This document shows positions 41,362-53,072 of a stretch of 64,000 bases of DNA, piece by piece. The position numbers were made by a program, and so were the translations under genes. The stretch's first letter is position 1, and each line of letters opens with the position of its first letter. The DNA comes from an uncultured Coriobacteriia bacterium. GTDB taxonomy: Bacteria; Actinomycetota; Coriobacteriia; Anaerosomatales; CAVYJL01. Location of the stretch: the NCBI GenBank assembly GCA_963768865.1, contig CAVYJL010000008.1, positions 9,307 to 73,306 of the forward strand. Reading direction: 5' to 3'. The notes beneath the pieces are model-generated. The model worked only from the letters and a program-made list of their open reading frames with translations, was not told where the DNA came from and did no database searches.

Positions 41362-43125
41362 CTATAGATAGGCAAAGCCCACGGGCGAAGCGTCCTGCTT
41401 CGCCTCGAGCAGCGTGTTGACGATGCGGTCGTACAGCTCAGCCGCGCCGCGGTAGCCCAGGTGCGCCAGGCGCTGCCCGCCGATGCGGTCGTGCACCGGG
41501 AAGCCCACGCGCACGAGCGGGATTTGGAGCTCCCGGGCGATGCGGTACCCCTTGGAGCTGCCGATGATGAGGTCGGGCTGCAACTCCTTGGTGGCCTCGC
41601 CGATGTCGGCGAAGTCGGCGCCGCCTACGACCTGGATCTGGTCGGCGAGGTCGGGGGCGACGGCGTCGATGGCTTGGCGGAGGGCACCGGATTCGCCGCC
41701 GCTGGCCGCGAGGACGGGGACGATGCCGATCTCCGCGAGGAAGCTGACGAGGCCGGCGACCAGGTCTTCTTCGCCGTAGACGACGGCGCGCTTGCGGGAG
41801 ACGTACTTGTGGCCGTCGACGTAGGCGTCGATGAGGCGGCCGCGTTCGGCGGCGTGGTTCGCGGGGAGCTCGCGGCCGGAGAGGGTCTCCAGGAGGGCGG
41901 CTAGGCGGTCGGTCTCGCGGACGCCGATGGGGGTTCCGAGCGCGTGGCGCGGGACGGCGAACTCGCTCTGCAGGAACGCGGCCGCGGTGTCGTTGTTGGC
42001 TGCGAGCGTGCGGCCCAGCTCGATGCTCGCCCGGGCGCTGCCGGTGCTCTTGAGCTCGTCGATGGTGGTCCCGCCCTGCGGGACCTTCTCGTAGGTCTCG
42101 AGCGCGGGGGCGTCCAGGCTGCGGGAGTAGTCAGGGACCATTACGATCGGCAGACCGAAGTCTGTCACGAGTTCCAGCAGGTAGCGCAGGTCTGCGGGCG
42201 ACACGAAGCCGGGCAGCAGGTTCACGTGGCCGGCTGCTAGGGCCGGCGCGTCAAAGGTGAACGCGCGGCCTCGGCGAGCGAGGGGCTTGCCGGGGGTGAC
42301 GGGTGCCTGCTCAACGGCCGGGGCACCGGACGCTTCAGGCGTGGGATCCACGAAGGCGCGGCCAACGCGAGGAAGCGGCTTGACCGCGGGGACCGGTGGC
42401 CGCCCGGCGGCGGCGGCGTCGGGGGCTGCAGGCTCGGGGTCCACGAACGCGCGGCCTCGGCGAGGGAGAGGCCTGGCGGCGGGCTTGGGGGCGGCGCCGC
42501 TGGCCGTGTCGGCGCCGCCCCGCACCCCCTCGGCGAGGGTGGCCACGAGGGTGCGCACGGCGGCGTGGAAGCCGTCCACGTGGGTGCCGGCGTAGGCGGC
42601 GGTGGAGCAGGCGACGATGGGCGGGAGGGTCTCGCCACGCTGGGCGGCTCGGGTTTGGAGCTCGCGGGTGAGGAGGTCCATGTCTTCTCCGATCGTCTCG
42701 GACAGGCACGTCGTTGCGATGCCTATGACTTTGGGGTCGTACTTGGAGGTGACGTTGGAGATGGCTCGGCTCAGGTTCTCGGCGCCGCCGAAGACGGCGG
42801 TGTCCTCTGAGAAGTTGCTGCTGGCGATGTCCACCGGCTCGCGGTAGTGGCTGATCGTGTAGCGGCGGATGTAGGTGGAGCAGCCTTGCGAGCCGTGGAG
42901 GAGCGGGACGCAGCCGTCCACGCCGCGGTAGGCGACGCAGGCTCCGAGCGGGGTGCACAGCTTGCAGGCGTTGGTGGTGGAGACGTAGTCGCCGGCGGGC
43001 TTGGGGCGCGGGAGGCTGGCGGTGGCGACGGGGCCGGTCGCGGGGCCGGGGGCGCGGACGGCGACGGGATCCGAGCCGGGGGCGGGCGCGGGACCGGGGC
43101 CAGGGGCGCCGGTGTGCTCGCTCAT
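41362..43125 (-). CDS. nifN: FeMo-cofactor scaffold subunit NifN with an internal insert
   Basis: TTNACKLCTPLGA, HGSQGCSTYIRRY, TTCLSETIGED, VGFPVHDRIGGQR. Confidence 0.93.
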   Translation of the reverse strand: MSEHTGAPGPGPAPAPGSDPVAVRAPGPATGPVATASLPRPKPAGDYVSTTNACKLCTPLGACVAYRGVDGCVPLLHGSQGCSTYIRRYTISHYREPVDIASSNFSEDTAVFGGAENLSRAISNVTSKYDPKVIGIATTCLSETIGEDMDLLTRELQTRAAQRGETLPPIVACSTAAYAGTHVDGFHAAVRTLVATLAEGVRGGADTASGAAPKPAARPLPRRGRAFVDPEPAAPDAAAAGRPPVPAVKPLPRVGRAFVDPTPEASGAPAVEQAPVTPGKPLARRGRAFTFDAPALAAGHVNLLPGFVSPADLRYLLELVTDFGLPIVMVPDYSRSLDAPALETYEKVPQGGTTIDELKSTGSARASIELGRTLAANNDTAAAFLQSEFAVPRHALGTPIGVRETDRLAALLETLSGRELPANHAAERGRLIDAYVDGHKYVSRKRAVVYGEEDLVAGLVSFLAEIGIVPVLAASGGESGALRQAIDAVAPDLADQIQVVGGADFADIGEATKELQPDLIIGSSKGYRIARELQIPLVRVGFPVHDRIGGQRLAHLGYRGAAELYDRIVNTLLEAKQDASPVGFAYL

Positions 43126-44567
43126 CGGCCGGCCCTCCTCGGCACGAGGTCCCATACGGGCGACGTGACCGAGCGGTGCACCTCGTCCGCGAAGTTGAGC
43201 ATGCCGACGAAGCCGTCGAGCGGCATCTTGCGCTCGTGGTTGTGGTCGCAGAAGGCGACGCCCAGCTTGTAGGCGATCGGGCGCTCCTTCACGCCGCCGA
43301 TGAAGAGGTCGCACGTCCTCCTCGCGCGAGGAAGGTGGCGAGCTCGAGCGGGTTGGAGTCGTCGACGATGATCGTGCCCGGGTCGCACAGGTCTCGCGCA
43401 GGCGGTCGTAGTCCTCGGCCGTGCCGGTCTGCGAGCCCACGAGCGCCGTGTCGCATGCCCAGCAGCCGCAGCGCGCTATACGAGCGAGAACGCCTTGAAC
43501 GCGCCGCCCACGTAGATGGCGGCCTTCTTGCCCTGCAGGTCGCGGCGGTATTCCGCGAGCCGCGGGAGCGATCGCCGGCGACCTCTTCGCGCACGAGCTC
43601 TCTGGCGCGCTCCATGCATGCTCGGGTCGCTTCGAAGAATGCGGGCCACGTCGTAGAGCGCCGCGGCCATGTCCTCGATGCCGAAGTAGGAGACGTGCTT
43701 GAACGGGATGCCGTAGGTCGTTCTGCATATGCCGGGCGAGCGTGCGTCATGGAGCCGGAGCACTGCACGAGGTTGAGCTTGGCGCCGTGGGCGCGGCGGA
43801 TGTCGTCCACGCGGCCGTCGCCGGTGAGCGTGGCCACGACCTCGACGCCCATGCGCTCGTAGTAGCTCCTTGATGATCCAGATCTCGCCGGCGAGGTTGA
43901 AGTCGCCCAGGATGTTGATCGCTGTGCGGCGCCGACGTCGCTGACGTCGCCGGTGCCGACCAGCCGCGCAAGCGCTTCGCAGGCCGCGGCGTAGCCGTCC
44001 TTCTTGGTGCCCTTGAAGCCCTCGGACTGCGACCGGGATGCACCGGGATGCCCGTCTCGGCGGCGACCCGCCGGCAGACGGCCTCCACGTCGTCGCCGAT
44101 GACGCCGACGATGCAGGTCGAGTAGACGAACGCGGCATTCGGGCTGTATGCAGCTCGATCAGCTCCGTAAGCGCGCGGTCGAGCTTGTTCTCGCCGCCGA
44201 ACACGACGTCGCGCTCGCGCAGGTCGGTGGAGAAGCTGAGCCGGTGCAGCTGCGGGCCGGAGGACAGCGCGCCCCGGATGTCCCAGGTGTAGGCGGCGCA
44301 GCCGATGGGGCCGTGGACGAGGTGCAGGGCGTCGGCGATCGGATAGAGCACCACGCGGGACGCCGCAGAACACGCACGCGCGCTGCGAGACGCCGCCCGG
44401 CGGGACTTCTTCTCGCACTCGAGGTCGAAGGGCTGCTCGCCCTTGCGCCACACCTGGCGTTCGCGGTCGCGCAGGACGGGGTCGGACGCGAGCGGCGGAG
44501 CTGCGGGCGCGGCTAAGGCTTGGGCAGCAGCGCCCATCGGCGTGATGATGGCGGCGGGGTCGCTCAT
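43122..44567 (-). CDS. nifE: FeMo-cofactor scaffold subunit NifE; multiple indels
   Basis: VSQRACVFCG, HGPIGCAAYTWDIRG, STCIVGVIGDD, VQCSGSM, YVGGAFKAFS, FCDHNHERK. Confidence 0.92.
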
Positions 44568-44581
44568 CGGTCTCGCCTACA

Positions 44582-45952
44582 TCACGAGTTCGAACTGATA
44601 CTCCGGCGCATCGCGATCCAGCCGATCCAGCAGCGCGTCCAGCATCTTCTCCACGAGCCGCAACGCCGCCCTGGTACCCCACGATCGGGAAGTAGCTGTG
44701 CCCTATCCGGTCCAGGATCGGGAAGCCCACGCGCACGAACGGGATGTCCTCGGCACGGGCGATGTACTTGCCGTAGGTGGTGCCCAGCAGCAGGTCTACC
44801 GGCTCGTTCTTGATCCACTGGTGGAGGAGGAAGAGGTCGCCCTTGGCCTTCACGTTGGCGTCGGGCGCGATCTCGCGCATCGCGCGCCTCGAAGTCCTTG
44901 CCCGGCGTGCCGGTGAGCACGTGCACCGGCTCCATCCCCAGGTCACGGGCGAATTCCGTGAGCGCGATGACGTGATCCGGGTCGCCGAAGATCGCGACCT
45001 TCCGACCGTGGAAGTACTGTTGCGTGTCGAGCATCGACGTCGAGCAGGCGGCCGCGCTCGTCCTCGAGCGACTCGGGCACGGAGGAACCGGCGACCTCGG
45101 CAAGGGCTGTGACGAAGCGGTCGGTGGCGGCGATGCCGATGGGCAGGTCGAGCGTCTCGTACGGGACACCGCACTTGTTCTCGAGCGACCACGGCGCCGG
45201 TCTCGCGACGCCCACTTGCCCAGCGCGAGCGTGGCATACGCTGTCTCCGGTGGACACGCAACTGCCGGCTGGGTCGCGCCGCCCTTGGGGAACATGTCGT
45301 GGCGCCCGTTCTGCGGGGTGTCCAGCACGTCCGACGTGTCCGGGAACACGACGGTGCGCGCTCCCACGAGGCCGGCGATGCGCTTGATCTCGCGCATGTC
45401 GGAGGGCTCCACGTAGCCGGGCAGGATGTTCACCTGGTCCAGCACGGTTGCCGGTGTCGGGTCGGCGAAGCCCTTCACGATGCCGGCGCACATGTTGGCG
45501 AAGCCGGTGACGTGGCGAGCCGACGTAGCTCGGTGTGTTGGCGTAGATGACGACCTTGCCCTCGGGGATGTTGCCCTTGTCGGCGGCGTCTTTGATGATC
45601 TGGTTCAGGTCGTCGCCGATGGTCTCGGACAGGCAGGTCGTGTGCACGGCCACCACGTCGGGGTCGTAGATGGCGAAGATCGTGTGCAGCGCCTGCGAGA
45701 GGTTCGCGCTGCCGCCGAACACCGAGGCGCCCTCGGTGAACGAGACTGGTGGATGGCCATCACGGGCTCCTTGTAATGCCGGGTCAGATGGCTGCGGTGA
45801 TACGCGCAGCACCCCTGCGAACCGTGGCTGTGCGGCAGGCAGCCGTGCATGCCCAGCGCCGCGTACATGGCGCCGATCGGCTGGCAGGTCTTGGCCGGGT
45901 TGACGACGAGCGCCGAGCGCTCGATGATCTCGGTTGGGGTGTGGTCGAGCAT
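44582..45952 (-). CDS. nifK: Nitrogenase MoFe protein beta chain; multiple indels
   Basis: NPAKTCQPIGA, HSHGSQGCCAYHR, TTCLSETIGDD, NTPSYVGS, GFPILDR. Confidence 0.93.
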
Positions 45953-45963
45953 CGTTGGGCTCC

Positions 45964-47694
45964 TTACTCGCCGAGGTCGGCGGTCGGCTCTGCGGCGGGC
46001 GCGGGGGCGGCCTTGGCGGCGGCGGGACCAGAGGTCGGCGCATCCTTGGCGCCCTTCACCTCACGCGCCGGCGGATCCGCCAGCCTCGCGGCCAGCCCAT
46101 CCCGCCCGTGCCAAGGCGGCGTAACGAACCTCCACTGCGGTGCGTTGACCAGCCGGTCCATCTCCTCGTAGAAGTTCACGGCGCCGCGGAAGCCTGCGTA
46201 CGGTCCGCCGTAGTCATACGAGTGCAGCTGCTTGCAGGGCACGCCCATCTTCTCGACCACGAACTTGTCCTTGACGCCGGAGCAGAACACCGCCGGCTCG
46301 TACGCGCGGATGAGCTGCTCCATCTCGTGGTGCGAGAGGTCGTCGATCACGAGCGTGCCGGTGGCCATCTCGGCCATGAGCCCCGGGTAGTCGGCGAGCC
46401 CCAGCTCTGCGGCCTTCGCGGCCGCGAAATCCTCATCGAGCCGAGGCCGGTACTTCTCGGGGTCCGCCTCCACCTTGAGCTCCTCGATGTTGCGGGTGTC
46501 GGCGTCCACCTTGATGGTGGGCAGCACGCGGCGGCCCTCGTAGTCGTCGCGGTGGGCGAACTCGTAGCCCGCGCTCACGGTGGGCATGCCCAGGTCCTTG
46601 AAGAGCTCCTGGTAGTGGTGGGCGCGCGACCCGCCCACGAAGAGCATCGCGAGCTTGCCCTCGGTACGCGGCTTTACGACGTCAAGCACCGGCTGGACCT
46701 GCGTCATCTCCTCGGCGATGACGTCCTCGATGCGGGCGGTCAAAGCGGCGTCATCGAAGTACGTGGCGATCTTGCGCAGCGACTTGGCCGTGGACTCGGC
46801 GCCGATGAAGTTCACCTTGATCCACGGGATGCCGTACTTGGTCTCCATCATCTCGCCTATGTAGTTGATGGAGCGGTGGCACATCACCACGTTCAGGTTG
46901 GCGTTGTGCGCGGTCTCGACGTCCTCGAACTTGATGTCGCCGGAGAGCACCGCCTGCACGCGGATGCCGCACTGGGTCAGGATCCGCTCGATCTCGAACG
47001 AGTCCCCGCCGATGTTGTATTCGCCCAGGATGTTGATGGTGTGCAGCGGGACCTCGGCCAGGTCCTTCTTGCCGATGACGTCGCTCATGAGCTTGTTGTT
47101 GGCGATGTGGTGGCCGGCGCTCTGCGACACGCCCTTGTAGCCCTCGCACGAGAACGCGAGCACGGGGATGCCCAGCAGCTCCTGCGCGTCGCGGGCCACG
47201 GCGTGCACGTCGTCGCCGATCAGGCCCACCGGACAGGTGGAGTAGATGCCTATCGCACGGGGGTGGAAGTTGTCCCACGCCTCCTGCACCGCGCGCCGCA
47301 GCTTCTTCTCGCCGCCGAAGACGATGTCCTCGTCCTGCAGGTCGGTGGTGAAGCAGTACTGCAGGAAGTTCTGCACGTCCTCGGGCGGGTTCGCCTGGTT
47401 GCGGCGTGTGCCCCACGCGTAGTAGCTGCAGCCCACCGGCCCGTGGACGATATGCACCATGTCTACGATCGGGCCCATGACCACGCCTTTGCACCCCGCG
47501 TAGCAGCAGCCGCGCTGCGTGATGATGCCGGGCACCGTCTTGACGTTGGCCTCGATCTCGGGCGGCGCGCTGGGGTCGTTCACTCGCATGTGCTTGGCGC
47601 GCTTGCGCGCGACCTTGGGCGGATAGACCTCGAGCATCGAGGCCATGAGCGCAGCCGCGTCCACCTCGCGCCAGGGTTCGTTGAGTTCGCTCAT
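45964..47694 (-). CDS. nifD: Nitrogenase MoFe protein alpha chain (group II type)
   Basis: RGCCYAGC, HGPVGCSYY, TCPVGLIGDD, MCHRS, GGSRAHH, YEFAH followed by a long insert, LHSYDY. Confidence 0.97.
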   Translation of the reverse strand: MSELNEPWREVDAAALMASMLEVYPPKVARKRAKHMRVNDPSAPPEIEANVKTVPGIITQRGCCYAGCKGVVMGPIVDMVHIVHGPVGCSYYAWGTRRNQANPPEDVQNFLQYCFTTDLQDEDIVFGGEKKLRRAVQEAWDNFHPRAIGIYSTCPVGLIGDDVHAVARDAQELLGIPVLAFSCEGYKGVSQSAGHHIANNKLMSDVIGKKDLAEVPLHTINILGEYNIGGDSFEIERILTQCGIRVQAVLSGDIKFEDVETAHNANLNVVMCHRSINYIGEMMETKYGIPWIKVNFIGAESTAKSLRKIATYFDDAALTARIEDVIAEEMTQVQPVLDVVKPRTEGKLAMLFVGGSRAHHYQELFKDLGMPTVSAGYEFAHRDDYEGRRVLPTIKVDADTRNIEELKVEADPEKYRPRLDEDFAAAKAAELGLADYPGLMAEMATGTLVIDDLSHHEMEQLIRAYEPAVFCSGVKDKFVVEKMGVPCKQLHSYDYGGPYAGFRGAVNFYEEMDRLVNAPQWRFVTPPWHGRDGLAARLADPPAREVKGAKDAPTSGPAAAKAAPAPAAEPTADLGE

Positions 47695-47721
47695 CGGGGG
47701 CTCCTTATCTGCCGAGGCCGC

Positions 47722-48108
47722 TCAGGCCTGGTGCTCGTCGACGGCTGTCTCGCCGGACTCGCCGGTGCGGATGCGGGTGGCCTCGGCAACGGGCAGGACG
47801 AAGATCTTGCCGTCGCCGGGCTTGCCGGTCTGGTTGGTGGCGATGATGGTCTCCACGACCGCCGGGACCTTGCCATCCGGCACGACCACCGACAGCAGCC
47901 GCTTGGGCACGAGCCGAGGGCCCGCGCCCAACTGCGCGATCGCTTCCTCGGCACCCTCCTCGGCGCCGTGGAGGACGCGCCAATCCACGACGCCTTTGCC
48001 GCGGCCCATCACCGGCGTGGCTGTGAATGCGGGGAAGCCGGCTTCGGAGAGCGCCTCCTTGGTGCGGTTCATCTTGTTCTGGCGGACGACCGCCAACACT
48101 TCTTTCAT
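47722..48108 (-). CDS. nifI2: PII-family nitrogenase regulator
   Basis: MKEVLAVVRQNKMNRTKEAL and GKPGDGKIFVLP; lies between nifH and nifD. Confidence 0.92.
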   Translation of the reverse strand: MKEVLAVVRQNKMNRTKEALSEAGFPAFTATPVMGRGKGVVDWRVLHGAEEGAEEAIAQLGAGPRLVPKRLLSVVVPDGKVPAVVETIIATNQTGKPGDGKIFVLPVAEATRIRTGESGETAVDEHQA

Positions 48109-48187
48109 GGGTGGCTCCTTACGGGTACGCGGCGGTGCCCGGCGGCCGGCCCGGCCGGCGCGGACGACGGCAACGCGGGAAGGGCAG

Positions 48188-48526
48188 CTAGACCGAGACG
48201 GCGTTCTCGAGCGTGGCGGTGGATACGGTCCAGACCTCGTCCACGGGAGTGACGAAGATCTTGCCGTCGCCGAACGCGCCCTCCTCGCCGGTGCGCGCCG
48301 TGCGCGCGATGGTGCTCACGACGAACTCCTTGTCGTCGGCGGGCACGACGATGATGAGCTCGTCTTTGGGCAGCTCGTCGTAGTGGACCTCGCCCAGGCG
48401 CAGGCCGCGCTGCTTGCCTCGGCCGAAGACAGAGACCTTGGTCACCGCCGGGAAGCCGGCGTCCATCAGGGCCGCCATGACCTCGGCGGACTTCTCGGGA
48501 CGCACGATGGCTCGGATCATCTGCAT
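48188..48526 (-). CDS. nifI1: PII-family nitrogenase regulator
   Basis: MIRAIVRPEK, GRGKQRG, YDELPK, GAFGDGKIF. Confidence 0.92.
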   Translation of the reverse strand: MQMIRAIVRPEKSAEVMAALMDAGFPAVTKVSVFGRGKQRGLRLGEVHYDELPKDELIIVVPADDKEFVVSTIARTARTGEEGAFGDGKIFVTPVDEVWTVSTATLENAVSV

Positions 48527-48600
48527 GGGATCGCTCCTTGGGGTCGGCGGCGCGCGCGGCGCCGGCGGGGTCGGTGTGCGCTAGGGCCCGGGCCGGCGCG

Positions 48601-49713
<1,113 letters not shown>

Positions 49714-49751
49714 TCAAAGCACAGCAAGGTCCGCTTGATGGCAGGAGTCGA

Positions 49752-50577
49752 ATGAACCTCGCTAGCATCGATCCGACGTTCCCGGTGTACGCGGTGGCGG
49801 GTGTCGCCGTACTGACGCTCGCCGTCGCCACCGGAGCGACGGTCGATCCATCGCCTCACCCGCAAGGATTTCGGCGTCCAGACCGCAAACGGCGCCTCGC
49901 CGGTCGTGCGCGTACAGCGCACCCTGCGCCGCATCTTCGGTCCCGACCTCGCACTTGCCGAGGCGGTGCGTGAGCGCCCCACCCAGCACAAGAAGAAGCG
50001 CCAGGTGGCAACCCAGCCGGATCGGCCACTCGACCTGCGGCTCATCCTCGTCAACGACCCGGCGTTCGACCTCAACGACCTCACCGAGCGCGCGGGGCGC
50101 ATCTACGTCCTGTTGCGCGCGGCGACGGACGGCGGCGACGTGTCCGCGCTGCGGCCCTTCGCCGGCGACCGTGCCTACTCGGTGCTCGTCGCACGGGCGC
50201 AGTCGCGCTTCGACGGCGCCGCCGGGCCTCGGCCGGCTGTCGCGCGCGTGCGCCCTGTATACGCGGACAGGGCCTACGGCAACTCCGATCCCGACAACGC
50301 CTACGACCGCGTGCGGTTCCGCGTGGAGCTCGGCCGCGCCGCCCCGCCGGCGGCGCCCGGGACGCCGGCTCAGGCCGGGCCCTTCGAGGAGATCCTGCTC
50401 GCGCGACGAGTGGGAGCCCCTACCAAGGATCCGGAGCTCAAGGAATTCTGCCCCCAGTGCGGAGCGACCCTTCATGTCAGCGGCGTCACGTGCGCATCGT
50501 GTGGCGCGCCCGTGGACGACGCGGCCACGATCTTCGGGACGTGGACCGTCAAGGAAGTGCGAGGAGAGCACGAGTGA
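49752..50577 (+). CDS. Tim44-like/zinc-ribbon membrane protein; indels near the 5' end
   Basis: RBS aggag, hydrophobic start, VNDPAFDL, GGDVSALR, CPQCG...CASCG. Confidence 0.65.
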
Positions 50578-50617
50578 CCACCACCAACCTGCCCGCCGCA
50601 CAGGAGGCGTGACTCCC

Positions 50618-51582
50618 ATGGAAGACCCAGGCATGACGTTCCTGGTCGTCCTCGGCATCGGGATCGCCCTCATGCTGCTGGTCACCTTCAGACGCGCCTC
50701 CGGCATCACCGGCGACGAGCCACGCGACCTGCTCTCCCGGGCCTCGAGCGCCGACGAGCTGGGAGACGGATCTCTGCCCGCGCGATGTCGAGCGCGGGGA
50801 TGCTCGCACCCGGCGTTGGCGTGACCGCCGGACGATTCACGACCCCCACCACCCGGACAGCCGCAGCTCCGGCCCGGGCGTCGGCGGGCTCTTCCGCCAT
50901 GCCCTTCTTCACCAGCGGGCTCTACGCCCTCGAGCCCATCCGCGAGGCGGACAGCGATTTCCGCGAACAGGCGTTCTTGGGCCAAGTAGCGGAGATGTTC
51001 GCAGTGAGCCGGACCGCGCTCGCTACCGGCGACCTCACACCCGCCCGGGCATGCATGTCCGAGGGCCCGCTCTCGATGCTGACCGCGATGATCTCCCAGC
51101 ATCGGCAGGCCGCGAGCACCGGCCCGGGCGGATGGCCGGCAGCCTCAAGAGCAAATCCGGCCCCGGCCCTCGACGGCTGGCCCGAGGCCTCGGCGCCGAG
51201 CGTGGCCTCGGCGGTCAAGGATCCACCGGCACAGCGTGTGGCCGCGCCGGCAACGCACCTGGACGAGATCGAGGCGCTGTCCGCCGAGCCCGCGCGCTCC
51301 TTCCAGCGGGTGCGCCTGAGGCTCACCGCGATACCGCACGTGAACGGCGAGCTTGCCGCCGGCGCCGGCTTCGGCGAGGTCCCCACCGTGGAACGCTGGT
51401 CGGTGGCCCGCTGGGCCGTGAGCGACGACCTCGAGGGAGAGCGGCACCGCTGCCGCAACTGCGGAGCCCCCGTGGACGCGGCCCTCGGCACCCGATGCGA
51501 GTACTGCGGGACAGCAGTCCCCGTGTTCAAGCGCACGTGGGGACCGTGGTTCGTCGAATCCATCGCTCCCGAGGCGATCTGA
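50618..51582 (+). CDS. Tim44-like/zinc-ribbon membrane protein; indel near 50780
   Basis: TM helix, IREADSDFREQAFLGQVAEMF, ERWSVAR, CRNCG...CEYCG. Confidence 0.68.
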
Positions 51583-51786
51583 CCGCGGGCGCCGCCGCAC
51601 GCGGGGCGACTCGCTAACCCGACGCCGGATCCCAGCCGCGCCTCGGCATGATTTGACCCCCACCCCATGCCTGCGCAAGATGAACCAAGGGGCTCGGGGG
51701 AGACTTCCATCGCGGCCGCAGCCGCGTTCGCAAGGACTACACGCAAGACGCGACGTAGATCTGTCCGATCGGAAAGGCAGGAACCC

Positions 51787-53067
51787 ATGGGACTCATGGA
51801 CGGCTTCAAGGGTGAAGTCCAGCAGCAGTTCATAGCGCGGCCGGACTCGTCCAAGGACCTCGTCATCTATAAGTGGCCGGAGCAGAACATCCGCATGCTG
51901 TCGGTGGTCACCGTCCAGCCGGACGAGTGGGCCTACTTTGTCAAAGAGGGCAACGTCGTTGGCTACCTGCCCGGCGGGCAGCACAAGCTCGACGGTGCGC
52001 AGATCCCGTTCCTGGGCGGGATGATCGACAGCTTCACCGGCGGCAACGTGCTCAAGGCCGAGCTCTACTTCGTCTCGTCGCGTGAGTTCGCGAACAACAA
52101 GTTCGGCGGCTCCATGGGCGAGGTCGAGGACCCCGGCACCGGCGAAGTCGTTCGCATGGGCGTCTACGGCGAGTACGTCTACAAGGTAGTGGAGCCGGCC
52201 AAACTGATCCTGAACCTGGTCGGAACGCAATCCATCACCAGCAACGACTACATCACCGACGCCATCCGCGACCAGCTCACGAAGATCCTGCGGGCCACCG
52301 TCAACGGCAAGATGAAGGCCGAGAAGTGGTCGATCCTCGACGTCACCGACGGCAGCTACAACCTCGAGTTCGAGAAGCAGATCGTGCTCGACGCGGCGCC
52401 GTACCTGGAGTCGTTCGGCCTGCAGATCACCCGCATCGAGGACTTCCTCGTGAGCATGGACGACGCCGACCGCGTGCGCCTGCTCGAGATCAAGGACCGC
52501 ATGGCCAAGATGCGCCTGGCCGGCGACGCGCGCTACATGGGCGCCGCTCAGGCCGAGGCGGTCTTCGGCGCTGCCGAGGGCCTCAAGCAAGGCGGCGGGG
52601 ACAGCACCGGCGTGGCCGGCCTGTTCATCGGCGCCGGGCTGGGCCAGCAGATCTCCGGCGGGATGCAGTCCGGCCAGGTGCAGCAGGCCGCGCAGGCCGG
52701 CGGCACGGCGCCCGTGGGCCCGGCCAACGCGCCGGCCTCGCCGTCGGTTCCGGCCGCGGCTCCCGCCGAGGCGGCTCCCGCCGAGAGCGGCGCCCCGGCC
52801 GCGGCCGCTCCCGCAGCAGCAGCCGGCGCTGCCGCCGGCGCCGCCGCAGCCCCGGCCGCTGCCCCCACGGGCGGCGCCCCCGCCCCGGCCCCGGAAGCCT
52901 CGGCACCGGGCACCGTGACGTGCCCGAACTGCCAGACGGTGAACCCGTCCTCGGCTAAGTTCTGCTCCAACTGCGGTCAGCCGCTGCCTGTCACGTGCTC
53001 CAACTGCGGCACCGTGAACGCACCCGGCTCCAAGTTCTGCTCCAACTGCGGCAACCAGCTCGGGTGA
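51787..53067 (+). CDS. SPFH/band-7-like protein with Ala/Pro linker and C-terminal double zinc ribbons (YdjI-like)
   Basis: VIYKWP..NIRM.S.VTVQPDE.A.FVKEG; AELYFVS; GAGLGQQI; tandem CPNC..KFCSNCG repeats. Confidence 0.82.
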   Translation: MGLMDGFKGEVQQQFIARPDSSKDLVIYKWPEQNIRMLSVVTVQPDEWAYFVKEGNVVGYLPGGQHKLDGAQIPFLGGMIDSFTGGNVLKAELYFVSSREFANNKFGGSMGEVEDPGTGEVVRMGVYGEYVYKVVEPAKLILNLVGTQSITSNDYITDAIRDQLTKILRATVNGKMKAEKWSILDVTDGSYNLEFEKQIVLDAAPYLESFGLQITRIEDFLVSMDDADRVRLLEIKDRMAKMRLAGDARYMGAAQAEAVFGAAEGLKQGGGDSTGVAGLFIGAGLGQQISGGMQSGQVQQAAQAGGTAPVGPANAPASPSVPAAAPAEAAPAESGAPAAAAPAAAAGAAAGAAAAPAAAPTGGAPAPAPEASAPGTVTCPNCQTVNPSSAKFCSNCGQPLPVTCSNCGTVNAPGSKFCSNCGNQLG

Positions 53068-53072
53068 CCAAG

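Noticed and set aside
41362..43728. 788-aa ORF suggesting a NifE-NifN fusion
   Set aside because: Its N-terminal part is mostly out-of-frame nifE sequence caused by indels. nifE has its own stop at 43122 overlapping the nifN ATG at 43125.
52680..52910. GC-rich repetitive tract as a repeat array or CRISPR
   Set aside because: It encodes the Ala/Pro linker of the SPFH protein and has no constant repeat-spacer structure.
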